Made by a program: the position numbers and the translations under genes
The notes under the pieces: model-generated
Told to the model about the DNA's origin: nothing
The model's input: the letters and a program-made list of their open reading frames with translations, nothing else
Database searches by the model: none
Assembly: GCA_038199905.1 (NCBI GenBank)
Contig: JBBPYM010000183.1
Location: forward strand, 1-48,104
Origin: Chitinophagales bacterium
GTDB lineage: Bacteria; Bacteroidota; Bacteroidia; Chitinophagales; Chitinophagaceae
Length of the DNA: 48,104 bases
Direction of reading: 5' to 3'
Part shown: positions 1 through 9,078 of the stretch, in pieces
Layout of the letters: each line of letters begins with the position of its first letter
Position numbering within the stretch: position 1 is the first letter of the stretch

Positions 1-112
1 CTGCTAAGAACCCGTCTTGATGTCAAGTTCCGGAGGAACATAAGGTGGGTAGAAGAAAACACAAAAAAGCGTCACGGTTCCAGCGGAACGGAAGAAGGTA
101 AAAGAGCTCGCC
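1..112. repeat. Copy A of a diverged ~112-bp noncoding direct repeat, probably truncated by the window edge
   Basis: Positions 1-55 match 362-416 with about 4 mismatches by eye. Positions 77-112 match 437-472 (gttccagcgg.acgg...aagg.aaa.gagct.cc). The central ~20 nt diverge. No ORF. Confidence 0.7.
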
Positions 113-361
113 ATACACTAATCTCCGAATTGACCCGGACCAAAACGTTTTGTGTATTTATTTTTCTTGTTCTAACCCACCTGTTGGAGATGACAAAAAA
201 GCGTTCAATCTAAAAACATTTCGCATTTTAAAGACCAACAATTCGGGGTCAACCGATTTAATAATTTCGGTATTAGTCCTTTTTAGTCACCCCCGAGAGA
301 TGCAAAATTGAAATCTGTTATTGCCAAGGGAATGTGTGCTAGCAGCGTTGATTTAGTCAAG

Positions 362-472
362 CTGCTATGAACCCGTCTTGATGCCAAGTTCCGGAGGAAC
401 GTAAGGTGGGTAGAAAAAAATCAATAGAGTTCCTCTGTTCCAGCGGCACGGCCCAAGGCAAACGGAGCTGCC
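362..472. repeat. Copy B of the same noncoding module
   Basis: See copy A. It is preceded by a hairpin, tagcagc (340-346) paired with gctgcta (361-367), whose 3' arm is the first bases of the repeat. It lies just downstream of the stop (510) of the minus-strand amine oxidase gene. Confidence 0.7.
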
Positions 473-509
473 TCTCTCGCCGGCCCGAGCAGTGCACACC
501 TAATATTGA

Positions 510-1826
510 TCAGTTGCCTGCGGTAAAGACTTTTAACACCAACGCTGCCACCTCCAGCCCATTGGCCAGCGCCCCCTCAACCGTGCCCATCTCCGGACCA
601 TCATACAAAGCCTCACCCGCAAAAAATATCGTATTCTCAACGGGCATGCCTAACTGTTGTCTTGCGGCGGGTGTTTCGGGCGTAACGTATGAGTAGGCGC
701 CTAGAGTAAAAGGGTCGGCAACCCAATTAAACACCTGAGAATGGACAAGTTTTTCCAGCAGTTGCTCCATGGTTAACGAAAAAATTGTGCACAGGGAACC
801 TAATGCCTTGTCCAGCATTTCTGCATCACCAGTTTCCCTATGTGATCCGGCTCCGGGCCCTGCAAGCCAACCGGTAAGCAACGGAGAGTCATCAGGAAAT
901 TGCGACCACCAGGTAGGAATTGGCTCCCCTGAAAAAAGCCAGCCCATGCTGTTTAAATCTTTTCCATCCGCAAACAGCGGGTCCTTCCAGAAGGGACTGT
1001 TAAATAACAGCAATACTTTTATAACGTTACCAAAACCTAATAACTTCAATGCTTGCTGGTGATCGGGTAAAGCAGGTGTAAACGAAATGGCAGCCTTGCT
1101 ACTATCTTCAGCCTGTAGCACTCCTAATGAAACTGTAGTGACGATTTTTTTGGCTGTATAACGCTTATGTTCATGCGTTATAACTTCAACCTTATTCTCC
1201 ACCCAGCTCACCTGTTTAACGATGCTTGAGGTGTGGATACTACAACCTTTGTCTCTGCATTCTTTTTCAAGATACCTGATCGCCTGGATATACCCGCCAT
1301 CAACCCGGTGTTGATCACCATCATTGTTGCTTTCCCATTCAGTGCGTAATGCAAAGGCGCTCGCCCTCTTTATATCACCCGAATCATATCCTTCCACAAA
1401 GCCTTTAATCTCTTGCTTTAACCCTGCATATTTATCGTCACTGAAATTGGTTTCCAGGAAGCTGGCTACCGTAATGTCCTGTCGCAACTCATCTAATTTG
1501 TTAGTGATCAGGTCATCTTTTTCTTTAAAACCAGTATCCTGTTGCAACCCGCAGTCTGCAAATCGCCAGGCATCACCACCGCTGGCACGGTACTGTAAAC
1601 CAGCTTCTTTAAGCAGGTTGATTGTTACAGGCAGGTTGCCATGAATGAATTCAGCACCGGCTTCTACCGGCAATACAAAAGCAGGATTTTCAATGGTAAG
1701 AATTCTTCCTCCCACCCGGTCCCTGGCTTCCAGGATAACCACATTAAACCCTTCCTGGCTAAGTTTGCGGGCTATCATAAGCCCCGAAGCGCCGGCTCCC
1801 ACTACGATAACGTCTTCTGTTCTCAT
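510..1826 (-). CDS. FAD-dependent amine oxidase family oxidoreductase (flavin monoamine oxidase-like)
   Basis: 438-aa ORF. The N-terminal dinucleotide-binding motif VIVVGAGASGL...ILEARDRVGGR is typical of flavin amine oxidases. No signal peptide. Last gene of a four-gene minus-strand string. Confidence 0.85.
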   Translation of the reverse strand: MRTEDVIVVGAGASGLMIARKLSQEGFNVVILEARDRVGGRILTIENPAFVLPVEAGAEFIHGNLPVTINLLKEAGLQYRASGGDAWRFADCGLQQDTGFKEKDDLITNKLDELRQDITVASFLETNFSDDKYAGLKQEIKGFVEGYDSGDIKRASAFALRTEWESNNDGDQHRVDGGYIQAIRYLEKECRDKGCSIHTSSIVKQVSWVENKVEVITHEHKRYTAKKIVTTVSLGVLQAEDSSKAAISFTPALPDHQQALKLLGFGNVIKVLLLFNSPFWKDPLFADGKDLNSMGWLFSGEPIPTWWSQFPDDSPLLTGWLAGPGAGSHRETGDAEMLDKALGSLCTIFSLTMEQLLEKLVHSQVFNWVADPFTLGAYSYVTPETPAARQQLGMPVENTIFFAGEALYDGPEMGTVEGALANGLEVAALVLKVFTAGN

Positions 1827-1880
1827 GAGGCGATTGATTTTAATGCTAACAACCCGCCCTTCAATATCGTTGATGAACTA

Positions 1881-3011
1881 TCACTCATCCCATAATATTT
1901 TCCTGCCCTCTTTGGCTGATTGCCGCGCTTTCTCCAGGATCTTTACAACAATCAGGTTGTTTTCCAGTGATGACAGATCCTGTGAAGAGCTTATCTTATT
2001 TCCTAACAATGCGGTAAGATAAGGGATGTAGTGTTGGTAGGGTGCAGCAGCTTGCGGCAGTTGCTGTAGCGTATAAGGTTGATTGCCTTTTTCTTTTAAG
2101 CGAATGGTGTTGCCATTTACAGCCTGCAGGTAACCGGTTTTTCCAAACACCTCCAGGTCCTTTATGCCAAAAGGCCAATTCCAGGAAGCCTCAATAATGC
2201 CGGTGGCTTCGGGGTATTCCAGTAAAATGGTCGCATCATCGTCAACCTTTGGATAAATGTCTGGTTTTATATGCCTGGTTATGGCGGTTACTGAAATGGG
2301 CGGCTGCCCTTTCATCAGCCATGTCATCAGATTAGCACCATAACAGCCAAAATCAACCAATGCCCCTGCACCGTTTTTTTCGGGGTCCGTGAGCCATTTG
2401 AAAAATTCTTTACTTACTCCAATCTCCTTGGGACCCTCATGACCATCATGAACGACCATTTTACGGATGGCACCAATAGCAGCGCTGTCAACGATTTTCT
2501 TATACAATAATTGATTGCTTGCATACCAGCTGGTTTCGTAATTTGTAAGCAATTGTATCTTGTACTGCCTGGCCAGCGCAGCCATTCGCTCTGATTGTTT
2601 AACCGTAACGGCAAGAGGCTTCTCCACCATAACGTGGATGCCTAGTGGCGCACAAAGTTCCACTACAGCGGCATGGTCGGATATGGCATTGAATGCGAGT
2701 ACTGCCACGGGTTTCTGGTATTTTAGCAGGGTGAAAAGGTCCTTATAAAACAAAGAATCCGGCAACCGGTATTGTCGCTTTATCCGACCCACCAGTGTAG
2801 TATCTGCTTCCGCGATGCCGATAATGATAACTTTCCCGTTTTTAAACTGCTGCAGTACCCCGCCAACATGATCATGGTTCAACCCCGCAAGCGCAATTCT
2901 TAAAGGAGCCTGGGCTTCAACAGTTTTGGTTATCATCACCAACGCAAAAAGTAACACTGCTGATTTAATGCAGGATTTTAATTCGCAACCTTTCCAAAAA
3001 GAGCAGAACAT
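1881..3011 (-). CDS. Gfo/Idh/MocA family oxidoreductase with an N-terminal Sec-type signal peptide
   Basis: 376-aa ORF. Hydrophobic leader ...AVLLFALVMITKTVEAQA. Rossmann start RIALAGLNHDH plus the EKPLA motif characteristic of Gfo/Idh/MocA enzymes. Confidence 0.85.
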   Translation of the reverse strand: MFCSFWKGCELKSCIKSAVLLFALVMITKTVEAQAPLRIALAGLNHDHVGGVLQQFKNGKVIIIGIAEADTTLVGRIKRQYRLPDSLFYKDLFTLLKYQKPVAVLAFNAISDHAAVVELCAPLGIHVMVEKPLAVTVKQSERMAALARQYKIQLLTNYETSWYASNQLLYKKIVDSAAIGAIRKMVVHDGHEGPKEIGVSKEFFKWLTDPEKNGAGALVDFGCYGANLMTWLMKGQPPISVTAITRHIKPDIYPKVDDDATILLEYPEATGIIEASWNWPFGIKDLEVFGKTGYLQAVNGNTIRLKEKGNQPYTLQQLPQAAAPYQHYIPYLTALLGNKISSSQDLSSLENNLIVVKILEKARQSAKEGRKILWDE

Positions 3012-3098
3012 AAAATCAATTTTTGATGAACAAATTTTAAGCAGAGATACATTGTCCTAAACTATTCAAACCCATAGCTGTCAACTTACAGCCGATGG

Positions 3099-5990
3099 TT
3101 ATTTCAAACTAATCAAATACTCCACCACATCAGCCAGTTTCTTTTCATCAAGACCAAGGCTGGTAGGATCCGGCATCATGCTCGTTTCCATCTTTTTGCG
3201 AGAAACAATATCACTTGCTTTAACAACATGTTGCTGACGGGCAGCGTCTTTAATGACGACAGTTTGGCCGTCACCAATCAGGAAACCATAAATCGACTGT
3301 TTGTCCTTTGTATTTATCAACCATGGCTCATATCCAAACACGATACTCGCACTGGGATTAATAATGGCATCCAGCAGGCTTACACGATCGTACTTTTTCC
3401 CAATTGTTGTTAGCTCCGGACCAAGATCATTGCCCAGTTCTCCCGCCTTATGACAAGCGGCACAACTACCAGCAAAAACCGCCTTACCCTGGCTCGCCTC
3501 GGGTTTTAACTGCGAGATTGCCTGGATAGAAAATACTTTATTTAAACCTGGCCTTTCAAAATATTCACTTGCCTGCACACGTACTCCCTGATCGGGGTTA
3601 TTAAAAATAACGCTGCTGATGGTTCTGTTAATGTCACCGGTGAGCTTTTTAGCAGCTGCCATTTGAATGAGCAGTTGACCACCAGCTGGATTTTTTGCCA
3701 TCTGTGTGGCTATTTTAAGCTTTTCTTCTTTGGTAGTTTTTACGTTAGATAACTTACCCTGCAACACCAGCATCTGCTGGCGCTGTTTATCAATCGCCAG
3801 GTTTGCGCTGTCCTTCGTGGCATCTCCTGTAGCAACAAGATCTATCCAGTCATTCGTTTTCCTAAACTTCAGCCACCAGGATGCCTCGTCCGAAACGTCT
3901 TTGATCTTGCTGCTCGCAAGTTCTGACATAACGTCCGCCGCTTTTTTATTTTTTATAAAAGCCAGTGCCACCATTGCTTTTTTTCTTTCTTCTTCAGAAA
4001 GTTCTGCAGACATCGCTCTGGTTTTTAACCCATTTATTGCTGCTGCGGGGTGGAGACGCCAGGTCAGGTCCGCAAATGGTTGACTCCACTGTGTTGGTGC
4101 AGCGCTACCCATAGCTGATTTTAATAACGCATAAGCCTGGTCCTGGCGGCCGTCCATGGCAATACCCAATGCTTCCAGGTAAGAGCGATCTTCCCCGTTA
4201 TACATTTTAGAAAGGGAGGTAAGCACATCCCCGGATTTATTTAAAGGAACATCCCGGAGAGACACCGCAACTTCGCGCCGCACGGCCGCCGACGGATCCT
4301 TTACTAACTGTCTCGCATAGGGCATTATATCTGTCTTTGCCTGTCTCAACGCCCTGTATGCGGTAATTCGGATGTCGGGATTTTTATGTGTAAGTAATGA
4401 TTCAACTACCGTAATACCTTTGGCACCTAATCGTGCAAGCACCCATACGGCCCTTGCCTGGACATATGGATTCTCTGAATCCAGCAGTTTTTTTACCGGC
4501 CCAACAGCTGTTTCACCGGCGGCAACCAGTTTTATAAAACCCAGGTTACGTACATTGATAGCAGGATTTTGCAACGCTTCAATCTGTCCTTCCATGGTGG
4601 TTACATCTACCCTGGGCATTTTCAGTATTTTGTTTTTTGGCGTTATACGATAGATGCGACCGTAACCAGTTTTATCTTTCATCTGATGGCCGCCAACGAT
4701 CGGATCGTACCAGTCGGCAACATAAATTGCACCATCCGCCCCGATGCTCACATCACTCGGCCTGAACCATTTGCGACGGTCCTGCAGGTGCGCGGAATCG
4801 TTCCACACGTATGCCTCGTTGTCACCCGGAATGGATGTTATAAAATTGCTCCTTTTCATCTCGTAACCTGCGCCAGCAGGCTCTGTCCTGTAGCCAAAAA
4901 TTACATTTCTTCCTGCATCAGCGCTGAGCAGCATGCCACGATATTGTTTTCCAAGGGCATCACTTTCGTTAACTACGATACCGGTGGGAGAGCCGGCGCC
5001 ACTATTGTCACCAGCAGGTATAACGCCGGGATCATCCTGGTGCCAGTGAGCGGTAAATGTACTTTGTCCCGGCCTGCGGTCAGCCTGCCAGAACCTTGTA
5101 CCATCGGCGCTGAAGTAACCTGCGTTACCACCTTCCATGAGGAAAGTCGTGCGACAGGTGACCACCTGGTCGTCATTATCATTCTGCCACATGTTGCCAT
5201 AGGAATCCAGTGCCAGTTCGTACGCGTTTCTGAAATTATGCCCAAGTACTTTTAACCCCATTCCATCTGCTCCTATCCGCAGCGCTAGTCCACCAACCCA
5301 TACTTTTCCATCATCGCTTATCATTCCGCCCTTATTAACTTTATTATAAGGAGATCCGCCCGTATAAAGACTACCAGATCGTAATGTAAACCCTGCCGCG
5401 TCTGTTACAAGATGGGGACCCGCATTGCCGGTATTAAAATACCAGTTGCCATCAGGCCCCGCCACCATGGAATGTAGACTATGGTCATGATCGAGGCCAC
5501 CAAAGCCCTTCAGGAAAATTTCTTTCTTATCAGGTTTGTCATCATTGTTTTCATCTGTATAAATTATTATATTGGGCGCGCATGAAACAATCGTTTTATT
5601 TCCTATAACGGCTATGCCTAAAGGCGAAACAAGGTCACGGTCTTCCACAAAAACGGATGACTTGTCGCACTTGCCATCACCATCGGTATCTTCCAGGATC
5701 ATTACACGATCTCCTTTTGCATGATGAAAAAATTTGGTGGAATCGTTATTGTAGTTTCGATAGTTGGCTGCCTCGGTTACCCATATGCGCCCACGTGAGT
5801 CGATATCCATATTTGTAGGATTATAGAACTGCGGTGATTCGGCCCACAATTCGGCCTTAAGGTCGTCGGGTAAAATGAGCGTTAAACTGTCATCAAGTTC
5901 CCTGACCGTTGCAACTTCCGGATGCCTTGTTGCCATAAAAGCAGCAGAAAATATAAAGATGAACGTAAGAGAAGCAATCGTTTTTTTCAT
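3099..5990 (-). CDS. PVC-type heme-binding CxxCH protein: membrane-bound-dehydrogenase-like beta-propeller domain, HEAT-like repeats and a C-terminal cytochrome c domain
   Basis: 963-aa ORF with signal peptide MKKTIASLTFIFIFSAAFMA. The N-terminal half is rich in propeller-like WVTE/DGDG/GPDG motifs. The middle has HEAT-like repeats (ENPYVQARAVWVLARLG, NPDIRITAYRAL, DPSAAVRREVAVSL). The C-terminus has GSCAACHKAG (CxxCH encoded at 3450-3464). Confidence 0.8.
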   Translation of the reverse strand: MKKTIASLTFIFIFSAAFMATRHPEVATVRELDDSLTLILPDDLKAELWAESPQFYNPTNMDIDSRGRIWVTEAANYRNYNNDSTKFFHHAKGDRVMILEDTDGDGKCDKSSVFVEDRDLVSPLGIAVIGNKTIVSCAPNIIIYTDENNDDKPDKKEIFLKGFGGLDHDHSLHSMVAGPDGNWYFNTGNAGPHLVTDAAGFTLRSGSLYTGGSPYNKVNKGGMISDDGKVWVGGLALRIGADGMGLKVLGHNFRNAYELALDSYGNMWQNDNDDQVVTCRTTFLMEGGNAGYFSADGTRFWQADRRPGQSTFTAHWHQDDPGVIPAGDNSGAGSPTGIVVNESDALGKQYRGMLLSADAGRNVIFGYRTEPAGAGYEMKRSNFITSIPGDNEAYVWNDSAHLQDRRKWFRPSDVSIGADGAIYVADWYDPIVGGHQMKDKTGYGRIYRITPKNKILKMPRVDVTTMEGQIEALQNPAINVRNLGFIKLVAAGETAVGPVKKLLDSENPYVQARAVWVLARLGAKGITVVESLLTHKNPDIRITAYRALRQAKTDIMPYARQLVKDPSAAVRREVAVSLRDVPLNKSGDVLTSLSKMYNGEDRSYLEALGIAMDGRQDQAYALLKSAMGSAAPTQWSQPFADLTWRLHPAAAINGLKTRAMSAELSEEERKKAMVALAFIKNKKAADVMSELASSKIKDVSDEASWWLKFRKTNDWIDLVATGDATKDSANLAIDKQRQQMLVLQGKLSNVKTTKEEKLKIATQMAKNPAGGQLLIQMAAAKKLTGDINRTISSVIFNNPDQGVRVQASEYFERPGLNKVFSIQAISQLKPEASQGKAVFAGSCAACHKAGELGNDLGPELTTIGKKYDRVSLLDAIINPSASIVFGYEPWLINTKDKQSIYGFLIGDGQTVVIKDAARQQHVVKASDIVSRKKMETSMMPDPTSLGLDEKKLADVVEYLISLK

Positions 5991-6031
5991 AGCGTGTTTT
6001 AAAAGAGATTAAGAGTTTTCCAGGCAATGTA

Positions 6032-6904
6032 TCAGCTCATCACTGATCTTAAATAGTTGAGATTCTTAATATAGCTCTCCAGCATGTCTTGTTTTTCGGG
6101 CACAGCACCTTCAATCTGCAGCCAGCCAGTATATTTTATATCGTCAATAGCTTTTCTTACCTCCGCGAAGTCTACCTTACCCTGGCCAAGAAGATAACCG
6201 TTTTCTTTACAATGAAACTCGCAGATATTCTCTTTTCCCAACCACCTGATCTCGTCATAGATGTTATAACCCATCTGGTTGGAATTACAAACGTCATAAT
6301 ACACTTTTACGCTTTTTGACCCCACTGAGTTTATGATGTTCATATGTTCTTTCGCGCTTAGCCAGGATTCAATTCCCAGCAATACCCCAGCTTTTTCTGC
6401 TTTGGGTGCCACCTTTTGTAATTTTTCAATAACAACCTTTTGCCCGGCCGGATCGTTTCTCAAATCTCCTTCGTTAAAAAAAGCAAGTAATATTGATTTT
6501 ACACCCAATGCTTTTGCTGTGTCGATACTGTCACTCACCCACTGGTCAGTCCGGGGGTCGGATTTGTAAGGCACCCGGTTCAGTTCGCCAATTGCCAGCC
6601 CGCCAATTTGTACTCCGTTTTCTTTGGCGGCATCCTTATAAGATTGTTGTAGCTTTTTATTACGTAACTGCATGTTGTTTGCTGCAGTACCAAGACTTAA
6701 CTGTACACCATCCAGCCCTATTTTCGCAGCGGTTTGCATGGCTTCGAGGTTACCCATCTGACCAATGGACCAATCGCAGGCACCTATAGAAAATCGTTTA
6801 GCCGGAGCGGCAAAGAATTGTCGGAGATCAAATGCGGCGATCACCGGCACCCCCACGGCGAGGTGTTTTAGCATGGCGCGCCGGTGTATAACTGGTGATT
6901 TCAT
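6032..6904 (-). CDS. Sugar phosphate isomerase/epimerase (xylose isomerase-like TIM barrel) with a twin-arginine signal
   Basis: The ORF track extends to 7024. I place the start at the internal ATG at 6904 (MKSPVIHRRAMLKHLAVGVPVIAAF), which gives a Tat-like RR plus hydrophobic leader. The body matches the AP endonuclease 2 / xylose isomerase-like fold pattern (GLDGVQL, ...LGIESW..., ...CEFHCKEN). Confidence 0.8.
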   Translation of the reverse strand: MKSPVIHRRAMLKHLAVGVPVIAAFDLRQFFAAPAKRFSIGACDWSIGQMGNLEAMQTAAKIGLDGVQLSLGTAANNMQLRNKKLQQSYKDAAKENGVQIGGLAIGELNRVPYKSDPRTDQWVSDSIDTAKALGVKSILLAFFNEGDLRNDPAGQKVVIEKLQKVAPKAEKAGVLLGIESWLSAKEHMNIINSVGSKSVKVYYDVCNSNQMGYNIYDEIRWLGKENICEFHCKENGYLLGQGKVDFAEVRKAIDDIKYTGWLQIEGAVPEKQDMLESYIKNLNYLRSVMS

Positions 6905-7134
6905 ATGGCTGAGATGATTTAGGTTTGGAAGATAAATATATTTCAGCACAAAACCACTACACCGGCAGGAGAAAACGACCCCACGAGCGTGGCCTAAAGA
7001 TGCTACATGTATTCTTCTTTCCACCCCCTGTCACCCTGTCTCCGTGGTTCAAAAAACTGCATCCACCTCATGTTTTCCATTCCGGGTCACCGTTGTTCAA
7101 CAACCCCAGCTGGTTATTTTTGAAGTACTAAAAT

Positions 7135-7383
7135 TTGCATACCTTAATTGAATTCAAAGAACACGCTTTCACTTATCGTGGACTGGTTGTCGAAACAAGT
7201 AAGGGGCCGCTACACTTCACACCTCCCAACCAGCAGGCGCTGCAAATGGACGACTTCGCGCAGTGCATTCAGTTAAATAAAAAAACACGCGTGCCTGGCG
7301 AAATGGGGCGCCGTGATCTTGTTATCATTGAAGCCATTTATAAAGCAGCACAAACAGGTGGCAAAGTGCCAGTAAAAGTCTAA
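7135..7383 (+). pseudogene. 3' remnant (last ~75 codons) of a Gfo/Idh/MocA (glucose-fructose oxidoreductase-like) gene
   Basis: The translation ...YRGLVVETSKGPLHFTPPNQQALQMDDFAQCIQLNKKTRVPGEMGRRDLVIIEAIYKAAQTGGKVPV matches the conserved C-terminus of that family. There is no ATG (the ORF opens with TTG), and no Rossmann or catalytic part is present upstream. Confidence 0.6.
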
Positions 7384-7447
7384 ATAATCTCAAGCAATCC
7401 ATTAAAGAGCAAAAAGTCCTTCGTGCCTTAGCGTCTTCGTGGCAAAT

Positions 7448-8335
7448 CTATTTGAATCTAATACTAACCGCCAGGTGTTTATTACCGGAACTATAAGCAT
7501 AAAATCCTTCACCGCTTTTTACTCCCAGGTTCCCTGCCATCACCATATTCACAAGCAAAGGACAAGGAGCATATTTCTGATTGCCAAATCCCTGGTGCAA
7601 GACATTTAGTATGTTAAGACAAACATCTAGCCCGATAAAATCAGCCAGTTGCAAAGGACCCATAGGATGAGACATACCTGTTTTCATAATGGTGTCGATA
7701 ACCTCAACCCCGGCAACTCCTTCAAACAAACTGTAAATAGCCTCATTGATCATGGGCATTAAAATCCGGTTGGCAATAAACCCTGGATAATCATTTACCA
7801 CGCAGGGAATTTTTTCCAGTTGCGCCGTTAGCGCTACAATTGTTTCCGTAGTTTCTTTGGTGGTAGCGTAACCGTTAATCACTTCAACCAGTTTCATAAC
7901 AGGCACCGGGTTCATAAAATGCATGCCTATTACCTGGCCCGGTCTTTTTGTTGAAGCAGCAATTTGCGTGATAGAAATAGAGGACGTATTTGTAGCCAGA
8001 ATGGCTGTTAAGGGCGCGGCTTCATCAAGCTGACTAAATATTTGCAGCTTAAGAGAGGTGTTTTCAGTAGCGGCTTCTATTACCAGGCCGGCGTTTGCAA
8101 CACCTTGTTTGAGATCAGTGTTAGTAGTGATCCGTGAAATAGCTGCGGCCTTAACTTCTTCAGAGATAACGCCCTTTGCAACCTGCCGGTCAAGGTTCCT
8201 GGAAATTGTTTGCTCCGCTGTCTCAAGTTGTAAGGGATTCACATCTATAAGTGTAACCTCAAAACCCGCCAGCGCAAAAACATGCGCAATCCCATTCCCC
8301 ATTGTGCCACCGCCAACAACAGAAATTGGGAGCAT
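7448..8335 (-). CDS. hbd: 3-hydroxybutyryl-CoA / 3-hydroxyacyl-CoA dehydrogenase
   Basis: The internal start MLPISVVGGGTMGNGIAHVFALAGFEVTLIDV gives the NAD-binding GxGxxG at the N-terminus. The MHFMNPVPVMKLVE and GFIANR motifs of the 3HCDH family are present. Confidence 0.85.
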   Translation of the reverse strand: MLPISVVGGGTMGNGIAHVFALAGFEVTLIDVNPLQLETAEQTISRNLDRQVAKGVISEEVKAAAISRITTNTDLKQGVANAGLVIEAATENTSLKLQIFSQLDEAAPLTAILATNTSSISITQIAASTKRPGQVIGMHFMNPVPVMKLVEVINGYATTKETTETIVALTAQLEKIPCVVNDYPGFIANRILMPMINEAIYSLFEGVAGVEVIDTIMKTGMSHPMGPLQLADFIGLDVCLNILNVLHQGFGNQKYAPCPLLVNMVMAGNLGVKSGEGFYAYSSGNKHLAVSIRFK

Positions 8336-8436
8336 AATCGAAGTTTTAAAAGCTAAATTGATGTTGAAATTATAAGGATGACATGTTGAAATCAGCAATC
8401 GGCCATTGGCTGGTTGTGATGACTAACAGCCAGGCC

Positions 8437-9078
8437 CTAATTCTTGTTCTTAAAATCCCCACGTTTCCAGGCCTGCACAAACTCGGCCCAGGCAAAAGGA
8501 TTTAAGATGTTTTGCTGAGGCATTTGCCCCGCAGAATAATATTTGCTGGCACTCTGCCGTAGGTTAAAGCCTGCTGATTCGGCGCCATCATAAGGAAGAC
8601 TTCTCATCAGAATCCGCCGTTTGCTTGCATCATTATTTTGCCGTGCGATCTCGAGGTTGTCGTCAGGAAAATTCGCATTCACAAAATCTCGTTCAAACTG
8701 TTCCCGCGTGGGTCTTGGCTTGATGATGGTAACCGGAAGGTACATGGTATCGTTCACCAGCAGTTGGATAATACTGTATTGATTGCCTTCAAGGTTTCTT
8801 GGTACATCAACCAGTTTTGGTTTGTAACCGATACTGGTAAATTCTACCTGGTCTCCTTTCATCACAACTATTGAGAAAACGCCTTCGTCGCTAGACTGTG
8901 TTCCGCGGTTCTGGCCCTTAACTAGCACACTCACGCCGGGTATGCCTCTCAGGCTGTCCGCAGTCATAATTACACCATAAAGTTGAACAACAGAATCTTT
9001 CAATTCTACAAACTGGGCCTTCGCGGCAACAGGAAAAAGAAAAGCGGCAAGTAGAAAATATCGTAAAATTCTTTTCAT
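8437..9078 (-). CDS. Carboxypeptidase-regulatory-like domain protein, secreted
   Basis: 213-aa ORF with signal peptide MKRILRYFLLAAFLFPVAAKA. The LYGVIMTADSLRGIPGVSVLVKG...SDEGVFSI...GDQVEFTSIGYKP pattern is typical of the CarboxypepD_reg fold. Confidence 0.6.
   Translation of the reverse strand: MKRILRYFLLAAFLFPVAAKAQFVELKDSVVQLYGVIMTADSLRGIPGVSVLVKGQNRGTQSSDEGVFSIVVMKGDQVEFTSIGYKPKLVDVPRNLEGNQYSIIQLLVNDTMYLPVTIIKPRPTREQFERDFVNANFPDDNLEIARQNNDASKRRILMRSLPYDGAESAGFNLRQSASKYYSAGQMPQQNILNPFAWAEFVQAWKRGDFKNKN

Noticed and set aside
1-472. Possible CRISPR array or MITE at the left edge
   Set aside because: Only two copies are visible. The repeats are ~112 bp, far longer than CRISPR repeats, and internally diverged. 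The spacing is ~250 bp. No cas genes and no terminal inverted repeats were found. It is kept as an unexplained repeat instead.
406-1895. Plus-strand ORFs 406..696, 769..1062, 1324..1644, 1641..1895 and 1645..2022
   Set aside because: All lie antisense to, or overlap, the well-supported amine oxidase and Gfo/Idh/MocA genes. They have low-complexity Ser/Pro-rich translations and no recognisable motifs.
3228-5255. ORFs inside the 963-aa gene region on either strand (e.g. 4569..5255 +, 228 aa; 3706..4083 +; 4973..5245 -)
   Set aside because: They overlap a long ORF with clear domain motifs, either antisense or in an alternative frame of the same strand. Their composition looks like frame artefacts.
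6905-7024. N-terminal extensions given by the ORF track for several genes: 6905..7024, 8336..8398, 23161..23187, 25510..25566, 29654..29680, 31990..32106, 36233..36328, 41416..41463 and 46822..46995
   Set aside because: In each case the family-typical N-terminus or signal peptide begins at an internal Met. In two cases (31990..32106 and the region upstream of rpsF) a promoter-like box lies inside or next to the extension. The extensions translate to implausible peptides.
7419-7442. Direct 9-mer repeat cttcgtgcc / cttcgtggc between the convergent Gfo remnant and hbd
   Set aside because: It is too short to distinguish from chance and has no hairpin or U-tract. It may belong to a dispersed intergenic motif family, but that cannot be supported from one instance.
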